Positions 55,416 through 64,000 of a stretch of 64,000 nucleotides of DNA are shown one piece after another. This DNA is from Chthoniobacteraceae bacterium (GTDB lineage: Bacteria; Verrucomicrobiota; Verrucomicrobiia; Chthoniobacterales; Chthoniobacteraceae), in contig JANNXQ010000239.1 of NCBI GenBank assembly GCA_031409655.1, positions 23,616-87,615 on the forward strand, read 5' to 3'. Under the pieces are notes generated by a model that was given only the letters and a program-made list of their open reading frames with translations, was not told the origin of the DNA and made no database searches. Every line of letters begins with the position of its first letter. Position 1 is the stretch's first letter. The translations under genes and the position numbers were made by a program.

Positions 55416-57602
55416 ATGAAACGTTCCTCCCTCCTGCTTGCCGCCACGTCCTTACTCGCCACGCTGGCAATCGCCCAAGCCGCACCGAAGAAGCGTAAGC
55501 CCGGCCCGGCGGCGAAGTCGGCCACCGCTCGGACGCCGACCGCAGTAATCTCCAGCCTGCCGCAGAAACCGGTGGCCGAGGCAAAGCCGATGTCGCAAGA
55601 GCTGCCGTCCCCTTGGCGGACGTGGAGCGACGCCTCGGGCAAGACTCTCGAGGCGGCGTTCCGCGCCGTCGCGGGCGACATGGTCATGGTGCAGACGCGC
55701 GCCGGGCAGACCCATCCACTCCGGCTCTCAGCCTTGGTGCCCGCGGATCGGGCATTTGCCATCGACTATGCCCAGCGGCTGCGAGCGCAGAATTTTGCGG
55801 ACGAGTACGTCAAGAAGGCGGCGTATCAGATCGACTATCTCATCGGTTCGACGCTCGTCGCGAAGGGGCTGAAGTTTAACACCCCAGCAACGGACGAGCA
55901 GTTTGTGCGGCGCATCTACCTCGATGCCATCGGGCGCATCCCGACGGCCGAGGAAGCCGGCGCCTTTCTCGCCGACGCAGCGAAAGACAAGCGGGCAAAG
56001 CTCATCGATAAGCTGCTCCATTCGCCGGGCTACACGATGCACATGTACAATTGGCTCGGGGACATGCTGCGGGTGAAGGACACCTTTGGCAAAGGCGTGC
56101 CGACTTTCACCTTCGAGGACTGGCTAAAGGATCAATTGGCCGCTGATCGCCCGTGGGATGCGCTCGTGCGCACGATGCTCACCGCGGATGGTAAGCTCTG
56201 CGACAATGGCGCGGTCGGTTTCCTCGCCTACGACGCGCAGATGCCGCTCGATGGGGTGTCGAATCTCCTGACCACTTTCCTCGGTGCGAATGTGGCGTGC
56301 GCGCAGTGTCACGATCATCCGCTGGCGGATTGGTCGCAGAAGGAATTCTACCAGATGGCGGCGTTTTTCGGCGCGAGCGATGGGCTCGATGAAAAGGAAC
56401 TGCGGATGGGCTACTCGCTCGCCAAGGGGAAAAAGAACTCCACGCAGCTTGGCAAGATCGCGCAGACGATCGGGAGCGCGAATGCCTTCCGCATGATGGA
56501 CAAGGACAAGCAGGCGCTGACCTTTCCGAACGACTATAAGTACAGCGACGTGAAACCCGGTGCTCCCGTGACGCCAATGCTGATCGCGTGGAGCGAGGCG
56601 GACAAAAAGAACCCCGCCTATCGCATCGACACCCGCACGCCGCAGAGTCTGCGCGATGAGTTTGCGAAATGGATGACGGCTCCGGAGAATCCGCGCTTCG
56701 CCGCGAACATCGCGAACCGCGTCTGGAAGAAAGTCTTCGGCCTCGCAGTGCAGGAACCGGTGTCGGATCTCGACGATCCGAAGAAAGCCAGCAACCCCGC
56801 GCTGCTCGCGCATCTCGCGACGATCATCAAATACGGGCGCTTCGATCTGCGGGAATTTCAGCGCGTGCTGTTTAACTCCCAGACCTATCAGCGCACGGCG
56901 AGCGTCACGCCAGATCTGGAAAAGGGTCCGTATCTTTTCCCCGGCCCGCTGCTCCGGCGGATGTCGGCTGAGCAAGTCTGGGACAGTCTCCTGGTCGCGA
57001 GTATCGGGGCCGAGGTGGACAACTGTCTGCTGCGCCGCGGCGACGAGATGAAGCTGATGTCCGTCCCGGGTGCGCTCACCGAGCAGAGCGTCTCGGCGGC
57101 GATCGAAAAACTCCGCGAAGCGGGCGGCGGGGCGAGTATGGGCGGCGCGAAGAAGGGGAAGAAGAAGGGCGGCGGAGCGGAGAAAGGACTCGCCGAGCAG
57201 TTCGAGGGTGGGAAGCCGCAAGAGCGTTTCGGGATGCTGCTCGCGCGGGCCAGCGAACTGCCGCAGCCCGCGTCGGAGACCCACTTCCTGCGCGTCTTCG
57301 GCCAGAGCGACCGGCTCATCACCGATACGAGCACGGTGGATGGGAGCGTGCCCCAGGCGCTCATGCTCATGAACGGCGGGATCGGGCAACTGGTGAGCGA
57401 CTCCAACTGCGCCGCAGTCGTCGCCGCCAACACCAAGCCCGACAACAACGCCAAAGTGGACACGCTCTACCTGACCTTCCTCGCGCGCAGACCCAATGCC
57501 GATGAGCGCCGCTCCGCCGCCGCCTCGCTGGAATCCGGCCTGCAGCTCAATGACCTCGCCTGGACGCTCGCCAATACCCGCGAGTTCCTTTTCGTCCGCT
57601 AA
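55416..57602 (+). CDS. SHD1 + DUF1549/DUF1553 (PSD1/PSCyt-type) protein
   Basis: WRTWSDASG SHD1-like, DEQFVRR.YLD..GRIPT, CAQCHDHP, NP.FA..IANRVW, QALMLMNG, W.L.N.REF. Confidence 0.9.
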   Translation: MKRSSLLLAATSLLATLAIAQAAPKKRKPGPAAKSATARTPTAVISSLPQKPVAEAKPMSQELPSPWRTWSDASGKTLEAAFRAVAGDMVMVQTRAGQTHPLRLSALVPADRAFAIDYAQRLRAQNFADEYVKKAAYQIDYLIGSTLVAKGLKFNTPATDEQFVRRIYLDAIGRIPTAEEAGAFLADAAKDKRAKLIDKLLHSPGYTMHMYNWLGDMLRVKDTFGKGVPTFTFEDWLKDQLAADRPWDALVRTMLTADGKLCDNGAVGFLAYDAQMPLDGVSNLLTTFLGANVACAQCHDHPLADWSQKEFYQMAAFFGASDGLDEKELRMGYSLAKGKKNSTQLGKIAQTIGSANAFRMMDKDKQALTFPNDYKYSDVKPGAPVTPMLIAWSEADKKNPAYRIDTRTPQSLRDEFAKWMTAPENPRFAANIANRVWKKVFGLAVQEPVSDLDDPKKASNPALLAHLATIIKYGRFDLREFQRVLFNSQTYQRTASVTPDLEKGPYLFPGPLLRRMSAEQVWDSLLVASIGAEVDNCLLRRGDEMKLMSVPGALTEQSVSAAIEKLREAGGGASMGGAKKGKKKGGGAEKGLAEQFEGGKPQERFGMLLARASELPQPASETHFLRVFGQSDRLITDTSTVDGSVPQALMLMNGGIGQLVSDSNCAAVVAANTKPDNNAKVDTLYLTFLARRPNADERRSAAASLESGLQLNDLAWTLANTREFLFVR

Positions 57603-57623
57603 ACTTCCCAAAACCCTCCTGCC

Positions 57624-58892
57624 ATGAACGCCCACTCTCTCCGCGACCCGCACGATCGCCGTACTTTCGTCCAGCGCTGCGCGCAACTGGCCTTTGGTCT
57701 GACCGTGCTGCCCTCCGCCTTTGCTGCGGAAAAGGAAGCCGCAGCCCGCGCTGCAAGCTTCGGTAAAGCAAAGCGCGTCATCTTCCTCGAACTGCAAGGC
57801 GGGCTCAGCCACATCGACACCTTCGATCCGAAGACGGGCGACAGCAAAGGCCCCGGCAATCCACTCTCGACGAGCGCGGGATTCCAACTCACCGAGTATC
57901 TCCCCGAGACCGCGAAGATCGCGGACAAGCTCACCGTCATCCGCTCGATGACCGCGAAGGTCGGCGTCCACGCCAATGCGCAATACCTGATGCGCACGGG
58001 CTTTGAAAAGCGCGGCACCATCGTGCATCCGATGCTCGGTGCCTGGGCGCGGCATTATCTCGGCACGAGCCATCCGACGCTGCCGTCCACGGTTTGCGTC
58101 GGGCGTCCGGCGAATCACGGGAACGGTTACTTCCCCGCCGCTTACTCACCGCTCCCCATCCTCGATCCCGAGGATGGACTCGCAAACTCCACCACCCGCG
58201 TCTCGCCCGACATTCAGGAAAAGCGAATCGGCCTCCTCGCGCAGCTTGACGCGACCTTCACCAAGGATCTCGGGGACGAAAACGTGCGGGCGTACAACGA
58301 CTTTTACGACACCACGATGCAGCTCATGAAGAGCCGCGACCTCAAGGCCTTCGACCTCAATGCCGAGCCTGCGGCGATGCGCGACAAATACGGACGCAGT
58401 AAATTCGGCCAGGGCTGCCTGCTCGCGCGCCGGCTCGTCGAGAGTGGCGTGCGTTTTGTGGAAGTGCAGAGCGGCGGCTGGGACATGCATAAGCAACTCG
58501 AAGACGGCATGGAGGACAAAGGTGCGGAATTCGACCACTCCTTCGCCGCGCTGATCAGCGACCTCGATTCCCGCGGCCTGCTCGACTCCACGCTCGTCGC
58601 CGTGACCACGGAATTTGGCCGCAAGCCGAGCTTCGACGGCAGCGGGCGCGGACATCATCCGATCGGCTTCTCCACGGTGCTCGCCGGCGGCGGCGTGAAG
58701 CGCGGCTACGTCCACGGCAGCACCGATCCGAAAGGCTACGGTCCCGCGACCGATGCGATGAAAGTGGGTGACTTCCACGCGACGATCGCCTGGGCCGCAG
58801 GGCTCCCGGTCGAAAAGGAATTCATGACGCCCAATGGCCGCCCGATGACCATCGGGAACCACGGCAAGCCGGCGATGGGCGTCTTTGCCTGA
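57624..58892 (+). CDS. Tat-exported DUF1501 protein
   Basis: DRRTF Tat motif, GG.SHIDTFDPK, FGQGCLLARRLVE.GVRFVEV, GWD.H, TEFGR.P, GRGHH. Confidence 0.93.
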   Translation: MNAHSLRDPHDRRTFVQRCAQLAFGLTVLPSAFAAEKEAAARAASFGKAKRVIFLELQGGLSHIDTFDPKTGDSKGPGNPLSTSAGFQLTEYLPETAKIADKLTVIRSMTAKVGVHANAQYLMRTGFEKRGTIVHPMLGAWARHYLGTSHPTLPSTVCVGRPANHGNGYFPAAYSPLPILDPEDGLANSTTRVSPDIQEKRIGLLAQLDATFTKDLGDENVRAYNDFYDTTMQLMKSRDLKAFDLNAEPAAMRDKYGRSKFGQGCLLARRLVESGVRFVEVQSGGWDMHKQLEDGMEDKGAEFDHSFAALISDLDSRGLLDSTLVAVTTEFGRKPSFDGSGRGHHPIGFSTVLAGGGVKRGYVHGSTDPKGYGPATDAMKVGDFHATIAWAAGLPVEKEFMTPNGRPMTIGNHGKPAMGVFA

Positions 58893-58916
58893 TCGCGGAT
58901 CGACCGTTGCGACCGC

Positions 58917-59744
58917 TCAGTGCCCGGCCCGGAAGGAGAGTTGAAAGGAGCGGTCTCCGCGAAAGCCTTGCAACTCGAGCCGATCGAGGGCGCGGCCGGT
59001 GCGATCCATGGAGGCGGTGCCGGTGACGACACCATTGGGGCCGGAACTCGGATGGAGCGTGAGATCGAGCTTCGAACGATCACCTGCCGAGCCCCAGACG
59101 CCTTCATATTCATGCGTTTCGCCGCCGCCGATGAGCCGGACCTTGACGCGACCGGAGGGCGAAAGTTCGACATCGCCCGCGGTCAGCGGAATCAGCGGTG
59201 CGCCGGAGAAGCGCAACTCTCCGCGGCCCCGCTTGGTGCGATCAAATGCATCGGGCGCTCTTTCCTCTGCAGGCGGGGAAGACTCCCGGCCGGACGAAGA
59301 CGGTCCAAGACGAACGCTGGTCGGCGGGGCAGGGGACGGAGGCGGCGCCTTTGCTCCCGCCTTAAAGCGCACCCGATACGAGCCACCACGCGTGGAGCCG
59401 GAGAGTTTTACGCTTTCCACCGTGCCGCGCGCTCCGAGCTGCACCTCACCGGATCCCTTTGCCGGACTGTTGTTCATGTTCGCAACCGTGAGCGCGATCT
59501 CGCTCCCTTGCCGGACCCATTGGCCCGTGATGACCCAGCCCATGCGGCCAGATACGGAGAGCGCAAAGTGGTGGTCGATCGGGTGAAACGTCGCGCGGTC
59601 CACGTTGGCCCGGATTTCTCGGCCATGCTCAAAGGTCCCCGAACCGGTGACGGTATGTTTGGCGAGCGCCACCGGTCGGGCCGCGTGCGTCAGGCATGGG
59701 GCGGCGGAGGCGAGCAGGAGGAAGATGAGACTGCGAGGGTTCAT
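58917..59744 (-). CDS. Secreted hypothetical protein with two beta-rich repeats
   Basis: Signal peptide; two similar ~95-aa units ending YRVRFKAG / FQLSFRAG separated by a Pro-rich linker. Confidence 0.6.
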   Translation of the reverse strand: MNPRSLIFLLLASAAPCLTHAARPVALAKHTVTGSGTFEHGREIRANVDRATFHPIDHHFALSVSGRMGWVITGQWVRQGSEIALTVANMNNSPAKGSGEVQLGARGTVESVKLSGSTRGGSYRVRFKAGAKAPPPSPAPPTSVRLGPSSSGRESSPPAEERAPDAFDRTKRGRGELRFSGAPLIPLTAGDVELSPSGRVKVRLIGGGETHEYEGVWGSAGDRSKLDLTLHPSSGPNGVVTGTASMDRTGRALDRLELQGFRGDRSFQLSFRAGH

Positions 59745-59808
59745 AGCCAAGAGGGCTTTGCAAGAATCAGGCCGCGCGGGAAATGTCCAGCCGTCGCGCC
59801 CTAGGCCA

Positions 59809-60582
59809 TCAGACAGTGGCGGCCTGGCGGGTGAGAAATTCCTCGGTCAAGGTGCGATAGGCCGCGGCGCCGAGGCCGTTTGGTTCATACTCGATGATCG
59901 GCTTGCCGTGGCTCGGAGCTTCGCCAAGACGGACACTCCGCGGGATGACCGTGCGGAAGATCACTTCTCCGAAATGCGTCTGCACCTCGTCGATGACCTG
60001 CATCGCGAGATTATTCCTCATAAACATGGTCATCAGAATCCCCGCGATCCGCAGGTCCGGATTGGCACCGCATTCGCGGATCTGGGCGATGACGTGGTGA
60101 ATCTTGCTGAGTCCCTCGAGGGCAAAATACTCGCACTGCAGCGGGATCAGAACTTCATCGGCGGCGGCGAGCGCGTTCGTCATGAGGATGCCGAGCGAAG
60201 GCGGGCAATCGAGGAGTATGTAGTCAAACGGAGCATCGGCCCGGAGCGCGACGAAAGCTTCCCGCAGACGGGTCAGATGGTCCTCGGCGCGCGCGATTTC
60301 GATTTCCACCCCCGCGAGATCGAGGTCGCCGGGGATCAGGAAAAGATGCTCCCAGCGCGTCGGAATGACCTTCTCCGCCATGGGGCTCTCGCCGAGGAGT
60401 GGGCCATAGACGCTGTGCCCCGGGATCGCCTCGAGACCGAGCGCGCTCGAGGCATTCGCCTGCGGATCGAGATCCACGAGCAGGATGCGCTTCCCGAGTT
60501 TGGCGAGGCACGCGGCGAGATTTACGGAAGTGGTGGTCTTGCCGACGCCGCCTTTTTGGTTGGCGACCGCGATGATTTTCAT
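59809..60582 (-). CDS. parA: ParA/Soj ATPase
   Basis: ANQKGGVGKTTT, DLDPQAN, DCPPSLG, QCEYFALEG, IPRSVRLGEAPSHG. Confidence 0.95.
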   Translation of the reverse strand: MKIIAVANQKGGVGKTTTSVNLAACLAKLGKRILLVDLDPQANASSALGLEAIPGHSVYGPLLGESPMAEKVIPTRWEHLFLIPGDLDLAGVEIEIARAEDHLTRLREAFVALRADAPFDYILLDCPPSLGILMTNALAAADEVLIPLQCEYFALEGLSKIHHVIAQIRECGANPDLRIAGILMTMFMRNNLAMQVIDEVQTHFGEVIFRTVIPRSVRLGEAPSHGKPIIEYEPNGLGAAAYRTLTEEFLTRQAATV

Positions 60583-60745
60583 TGGGCGGCGGAGTGTAGG
60601 CAGACAGACCGGGATGGGAAGCGGAAGAAGTTGCTGGTTGCGGATCGAGAGTGGAGAGTCCGCCACTTTTCCACCGAAATGCGCGAGCCGGGGCCGCGAC
60701 CCGGCGGGCACTCGATCATCCACCCCTCAACTTCTTCACTTTCCT

Positions 60746-63646
60746 CTGATCCCGATCACCGAACGTTTCCTCAGCGAATGCGGCGGCTGGCAGGCGCTCC
60801 GCGAAGCCCGCTCCATCCACGATGCCGGCCGCGTCCTGGAGGCCGCCTACGCTCCGCCACTCCTGCAAGGCCGCGTAAAGACGGCAGAGTCCGAGGTGCG
60901 CGCTGGCTTGCGGATCAGTTCCGCATCCGACGTGGAGAATCTCTGCACCTGTCGCGAAGCGCGGCGGGAAGGGAAAATCTGCGCGCATTCGCTGGCGGTC
61001 GGCCTGGCCATCGCCAAGCCCAAGCCAGCAGCGTCCGTCAAGCCCAGTGAGTCCCGGCCCGCCGCTGCGGTGACTCCAAAGTCGCCTCCAGCCACCGGGG
61101 CGAAATTTTCGACCGAGCAGGGGACCCCAGTGACTTTGCAGGTGATCCTGCCGCCGGATCTGTCGTCGTCTTGGGAAAAAGGCGGCCTCGTCGTCGGTAT
61201 CGAGGCAGTGCTGGCCGGCCGCCGGACGATGCTCGCGGCATTGGACGCGACGAGGGAATACCGGGTTGATTCCCGGGACTTCGCGCTCGTCGAGAAGCTC
61301 CGCGCGGTCGTCGGTGAACTGCCCGGCGTCGTCTCTTTGCCGCGCGAAGCGTTCTTCGATCTCCTGAGTGCGCTCGCCGGACACCCGCGCGTCACGTCCG
61401 GTCGCGACGTCCCGGTGAACGTCGCCGAGCAGGGGATCTCACTGGATAGCGCCCCGCCAGCTTCCGCCCGGATCCTCACCGCCGGCCCCCACGCCTGGCT
61501 GCTGGACGGCGCGACTTTCACGCCGATCCAAGCCGTGAAGGCCGCCGCACCAAAACCGGGGATGTCCGCGGCCTCAGGCGCGGCAGATCCCGACGCCTTC
61601 CATCTGAAACTCGAGGGATCGCTGAACCATCTCGTGGCCGAAGTCGCCGCCCAATACGGCGAGCGGATCACGACTCTGGACGCCCGGTCGGAGGGCCGGC
61701 ACTCGCGGGCGGAAGAGGCTGCCCTGAATCGTCTGCAGGCCGCAGGCTTCGCCGGACCCGATACCCGCGGCCAGCTCGTCCTCAAGGGCGAACCGAAAAT
61801 CCTCACCTTTTTCGCCCGGACGCTGCCTGGCTTGGAAAAGGAGTGGAAAGTGGAGATCGGCTCGCGCTTCCAGCACGTGACGCGGGAGATCGAGCGGATC
61901 GAGCCGCGACTGGAGGTGCGGAGCAGCGGCGAGAATTGGTTCGAGCTGAAGTTCGAGCTTGGCACCGCCGATGGCAGCCGATTCTCCGCCGCGGAAATTC
62001 AACGCCTGCTCCAATCCGGACAGACCTCCGTGCGGCTGAAAGATCGCCGCGTTGCCGTTTTCGATCCCGGAATGCTCGATGAATTTGCCGAAGTATTGCA
62101 GGATTGTGAACCCCAGCAGCGGCAGCCCGGCGTCTATAAGATCGACCGGAGAAACGCCGCCTACCTGTCCGAAACCGCGCAAAGCCAGGGCATTTCCGTG
62201 GACGGCGACGCGCCCTGGCGGAAGCTCGGCGAGGGGCGCGAAGCCGCGTTGCGGCCCATTCCGTTGGGCTCTTTGGAAGACGTCCTCCGTCCCTATCAAA
62301 AGCACGGCGTCTATTGGCTTAACTTTCTGTCGTCTAATGGGTTTGCAGGCATTCTTGCGGACGAAATGGGACTCGGGAAAACGGTCCAGGCGATCAGCTT
62401 TCTCCGGACGATCACCGGCCCGTCGATGGTCGTCTGCCCGGCGTCCCTGGTTTTCAATTGGCAGCGCGAGATCGCCCGTTTTGCCCCCGAGTTGCGAGTT
62501 TCCGCGATCGTTGGTGGCGATCGCCACGACCGCACCGAAGACGCAGATCTCTACATTACCAGTTACCCCTTGCTGCGCCGTGACGCCGAGCGCTACCGGG
62601 GACGGGAGTTTACTGCCGTGATCCTCGACGAAGCCCAGCACATCAAGAATCCCGACACCCAAAACGCCCAAGCCGCCTACTCGCTCAGGGCGCGCCATCG
62701 GTTCGCCCTTACCGGCACGCCCGTCGAGAATTCCGTCCGCGATCTCTGGTCGCTCATGCATTTCCTCATGCCCGGCTATTTGGGTTCCCGCGAAGACTTC
62801 CGCGACCGCTACGAAAAGGAGATTCAATCCGAACCTGCCGGGCCCGCACAAAAACGTCTCCAGCGCCGTCTGCGACCCTTTATCATGCGCCGACTGAAGC
62901 GTGACGTGATCAAGGAACTGCCGGACAAAATAGAGCAAGTATCTTACTGTGAACTTAATAAATCGCAGAAAGAGGTGTACACATCTCTTCTGACATCCGC
63001 CCGTTCGCAAGCGAACGAAGCTTCTGACCTGGCTAACCAGGGGAAAGCCCGAATGCTCGTTCTCACCGCCCTTTTGCGCCTCCGCCAGGCCTGCTGCGAC
63101 CTCCGTCTCCTTGGCGAAACCACCGCCGACTCTTTGGCCGTTTCCGCCAAAGTGGAGCTTTTGGATGAACTGCTCGCCGAAGCCCTCGATGGGGGTCATC
63201 GCGTGCTTATTTTCAGCCAATTTGTCACGATGCTCCATCTTCTCCGGGACCATCTCAAGGAGTCCGGTATCGCATTCTGCTACCTGGACGGCCAAACGAA
63301 GGACCGCGGTCGCGAGGTGGACCGTTTTCAGGCCGGTGAAGCCCCCGTCTTCCTCATCAGTCTCAAGGCAGGCGGCACGGGCCTAAACCTGACCGCGGCT
63401 GACACCGTCATCCACTTCGACCCGTGGTGGAACCCCGCCGTCGAAGCTCAAGCCACCGACCGCGCCCACCGCATCGGCCAAGAAAAAGTCGTGACCAGCT
63501 ACAAACTTATCGCCCGGGACACCGTGGAAGAGAAGATCCTCGCTCTGCAGGCGCGGAAAAAGGACATCCTGGACGCCGCCATTGAAAGCGATCAGCCACT
63601 CATGGAACAACTTACGATGGCCGACATCCGCAGTCTCCTCGATTAA
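60746..63646 (+). CDS. SWIM zinc finger SNF2-family ATPase
   Basis: CTC....ICAH SWIM, LRPYQ, ILADEMGLGKT, DEAQ.IKN, LTGTP.EN, FSQF, SLKAGG.GLNL, QATDRAHRIGQ; start uncertain (ATG 60614, TTG 60638 or CTG 60746). Confidence 0.92.
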   Translation: MIPITERFLSECGGWQALREARSIHDAGRVLEAAYAPPLLQGRVKTAESEVRAGLRISSASDVENLCTCREARREGKICAHSLAVGLAIAKPKPAASVKPSESRPAAAVTPKSPPATGAKFSTEQGTPVTLQVILPPDLSSSWEKGGLVVGIEAVLAGRRTMLAALDATREYRVDSRDFALVEKLRAVVGELPGVVSLPREAFFDLLSALAGHPRVTSGRDVPVNVAEQGISLDSAPPASARILTAGPHAWLLDGATFTPIQAVKAAAPKPGMSAASGAADPDAFHLKLEGSLNHLVAEVAAQYGERITTLDARSEGRHSRAEEAALNRLQAAGFAGPDTRGQLVLKGEPKILTFFARTLPGLEKEWKVEIGSRFQHVTREIERIEPRLEVRSSGENWFELKFELGTADGSRFSAAEIQRLLQSGQTSVRLKDRRVAVFDPGMLDEFAEVLQDCEPQQRQPGVYKIDRRNAAYLSETAQSQGISVDGDAPWRKLGEGREAALRPIPLGSLEDVLRPYQKHGVYWLNFLSSNGFAGILADEMGLGKTVQAISFLRTITGPSMVVCPASLVFNWQREIARFAPELRVSAIVGGDRHDRTEDADLYITSYPLLRRDAERYRGREFTAVILDEAQHIKNPDTQNAQAAYSLRARHRFALTGTPVENSVRDLWSLMHFLMPGYLGSREDFRDRYEKEIQSEPAGPAQKRLQRRLRPFIMRRLKRDVIKELPDKIEQVSYCELNKSQKEVYTSLLTSARSQANEASDLANQGKARMLVLTALLRLRQACCDLRLLGETTADSLAVSAKVELLDELLAEALDGGHRVLIFSQFVTMLHLLRDHLKESGIAFCYLDGQTKDRGREVDRFQAGEAPVFLISLKAGGTGLNLTAADTVIHFDPWWNPAVEAQATDRAHRIGQEKVVTSYKLIARDTVEEKILALQARKKDILDAAIESDQPLMEQLTMADIRSLLD

Positions 63647-63849
63647 TGCCTCCGGCGATCCCTTCCTGTGGCCCCGCGATCCGGAACTAGGGGGTCTTTT
63701 GGCGGCAAGTCCCATTTTCTCGGACGATTTGCGTGCGGGTCGCACTTGGGGAGCGATCCGCCCTGCGGTGAAGCCGGATCTACCCGTTCTCGGTGAGTAA
63801 GTTCGACCAAAAACGCAGGGAAGGACGGAACCCATAATCTTTTCCCAAG

Positions 63850-63932
63850 TTATTCACAGGGAGGCAAACGGCCACGCTCCAGAGGGATATCTATAACATA
63901 TGACAATATATGTCATATGTAATGGAGCGTGG
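63850..63932. promoter_or_regulatory. DnaA box plus nested AT-rich palindrome (candidate oriC edge or recombination/operator site)
   Basis: TTATTCACA at 63850-63858; ACATATGACA-ATATA-TGTCATATGT at 63896-63920 inside CCACGCTCCA/TGGAGCGTGG. Confidence 0.45.
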
Positions 63933-64000
63933 GGCCTGGCTTCGGCGCGGGTTCTGCCATCGCCGCCCTCTTGCTCCGCGGAGGCGCGGGCGGGCGGATA

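Noticed and set aside
63383..63835. ORFs at the right end (63383-63835 minus, 63582-63800 plus)
   Set aside because: Overlap the SNF2 3' end with no motifs; the region looks non-coding
1..64000. tRNA, rRNA, riboswitch, transposase or integrase
   Set aside because: None recognised by eye; a covariance-model scan could still find weak RNA elements

Overview
High-GC, gene-dense bacterial chromosomal segment, most likely Verrucomicrobiota (Spartobacteria/Chthoniobacter-like). This is inferred from the DUF1549/DUF1553-DUF1501 pair, PUR-family protein, GntR/LacI hybrid regulator and verrucomicrobial C-terminal domains. About 52 CDSs. Mostly core and metabolic genes: end of a bat-like TPR/BatD operon, proBA, ppdK, rlmH, an rsmH paralog, stand-alone rpsN, parA, a SWIM-SNF2 ATPase, two incomplete Opp-type ABC clusters, floA, several PAS kinases, a GT4-GH130-MFS-oxidoreductase run, a hicBA module and a sulfatase. 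A compositionally distinct block (~44.5-50.3 kb) holds a regulator, a decayed SDR pseudogene and a large FG-GAP protein with a duplicated three-domain module. The non-coding signals are the most interesting: three copies of a REPIN-like element, a four-unit GTAG REP cluster, two heptamer-built hairpins ahead of both Opp clusters (one supplying a start codon and signal peptide), a four-hairpin structured RNA after ppdK, a sigma54-type promoter before a phage-like small gene, and a DnaA box with a nested AT-rich palindrome at the right end. No tRNA, rRNA, CRISPR array, integrase or transposase was seen. All family assignments come from motif recognition, not database searches.
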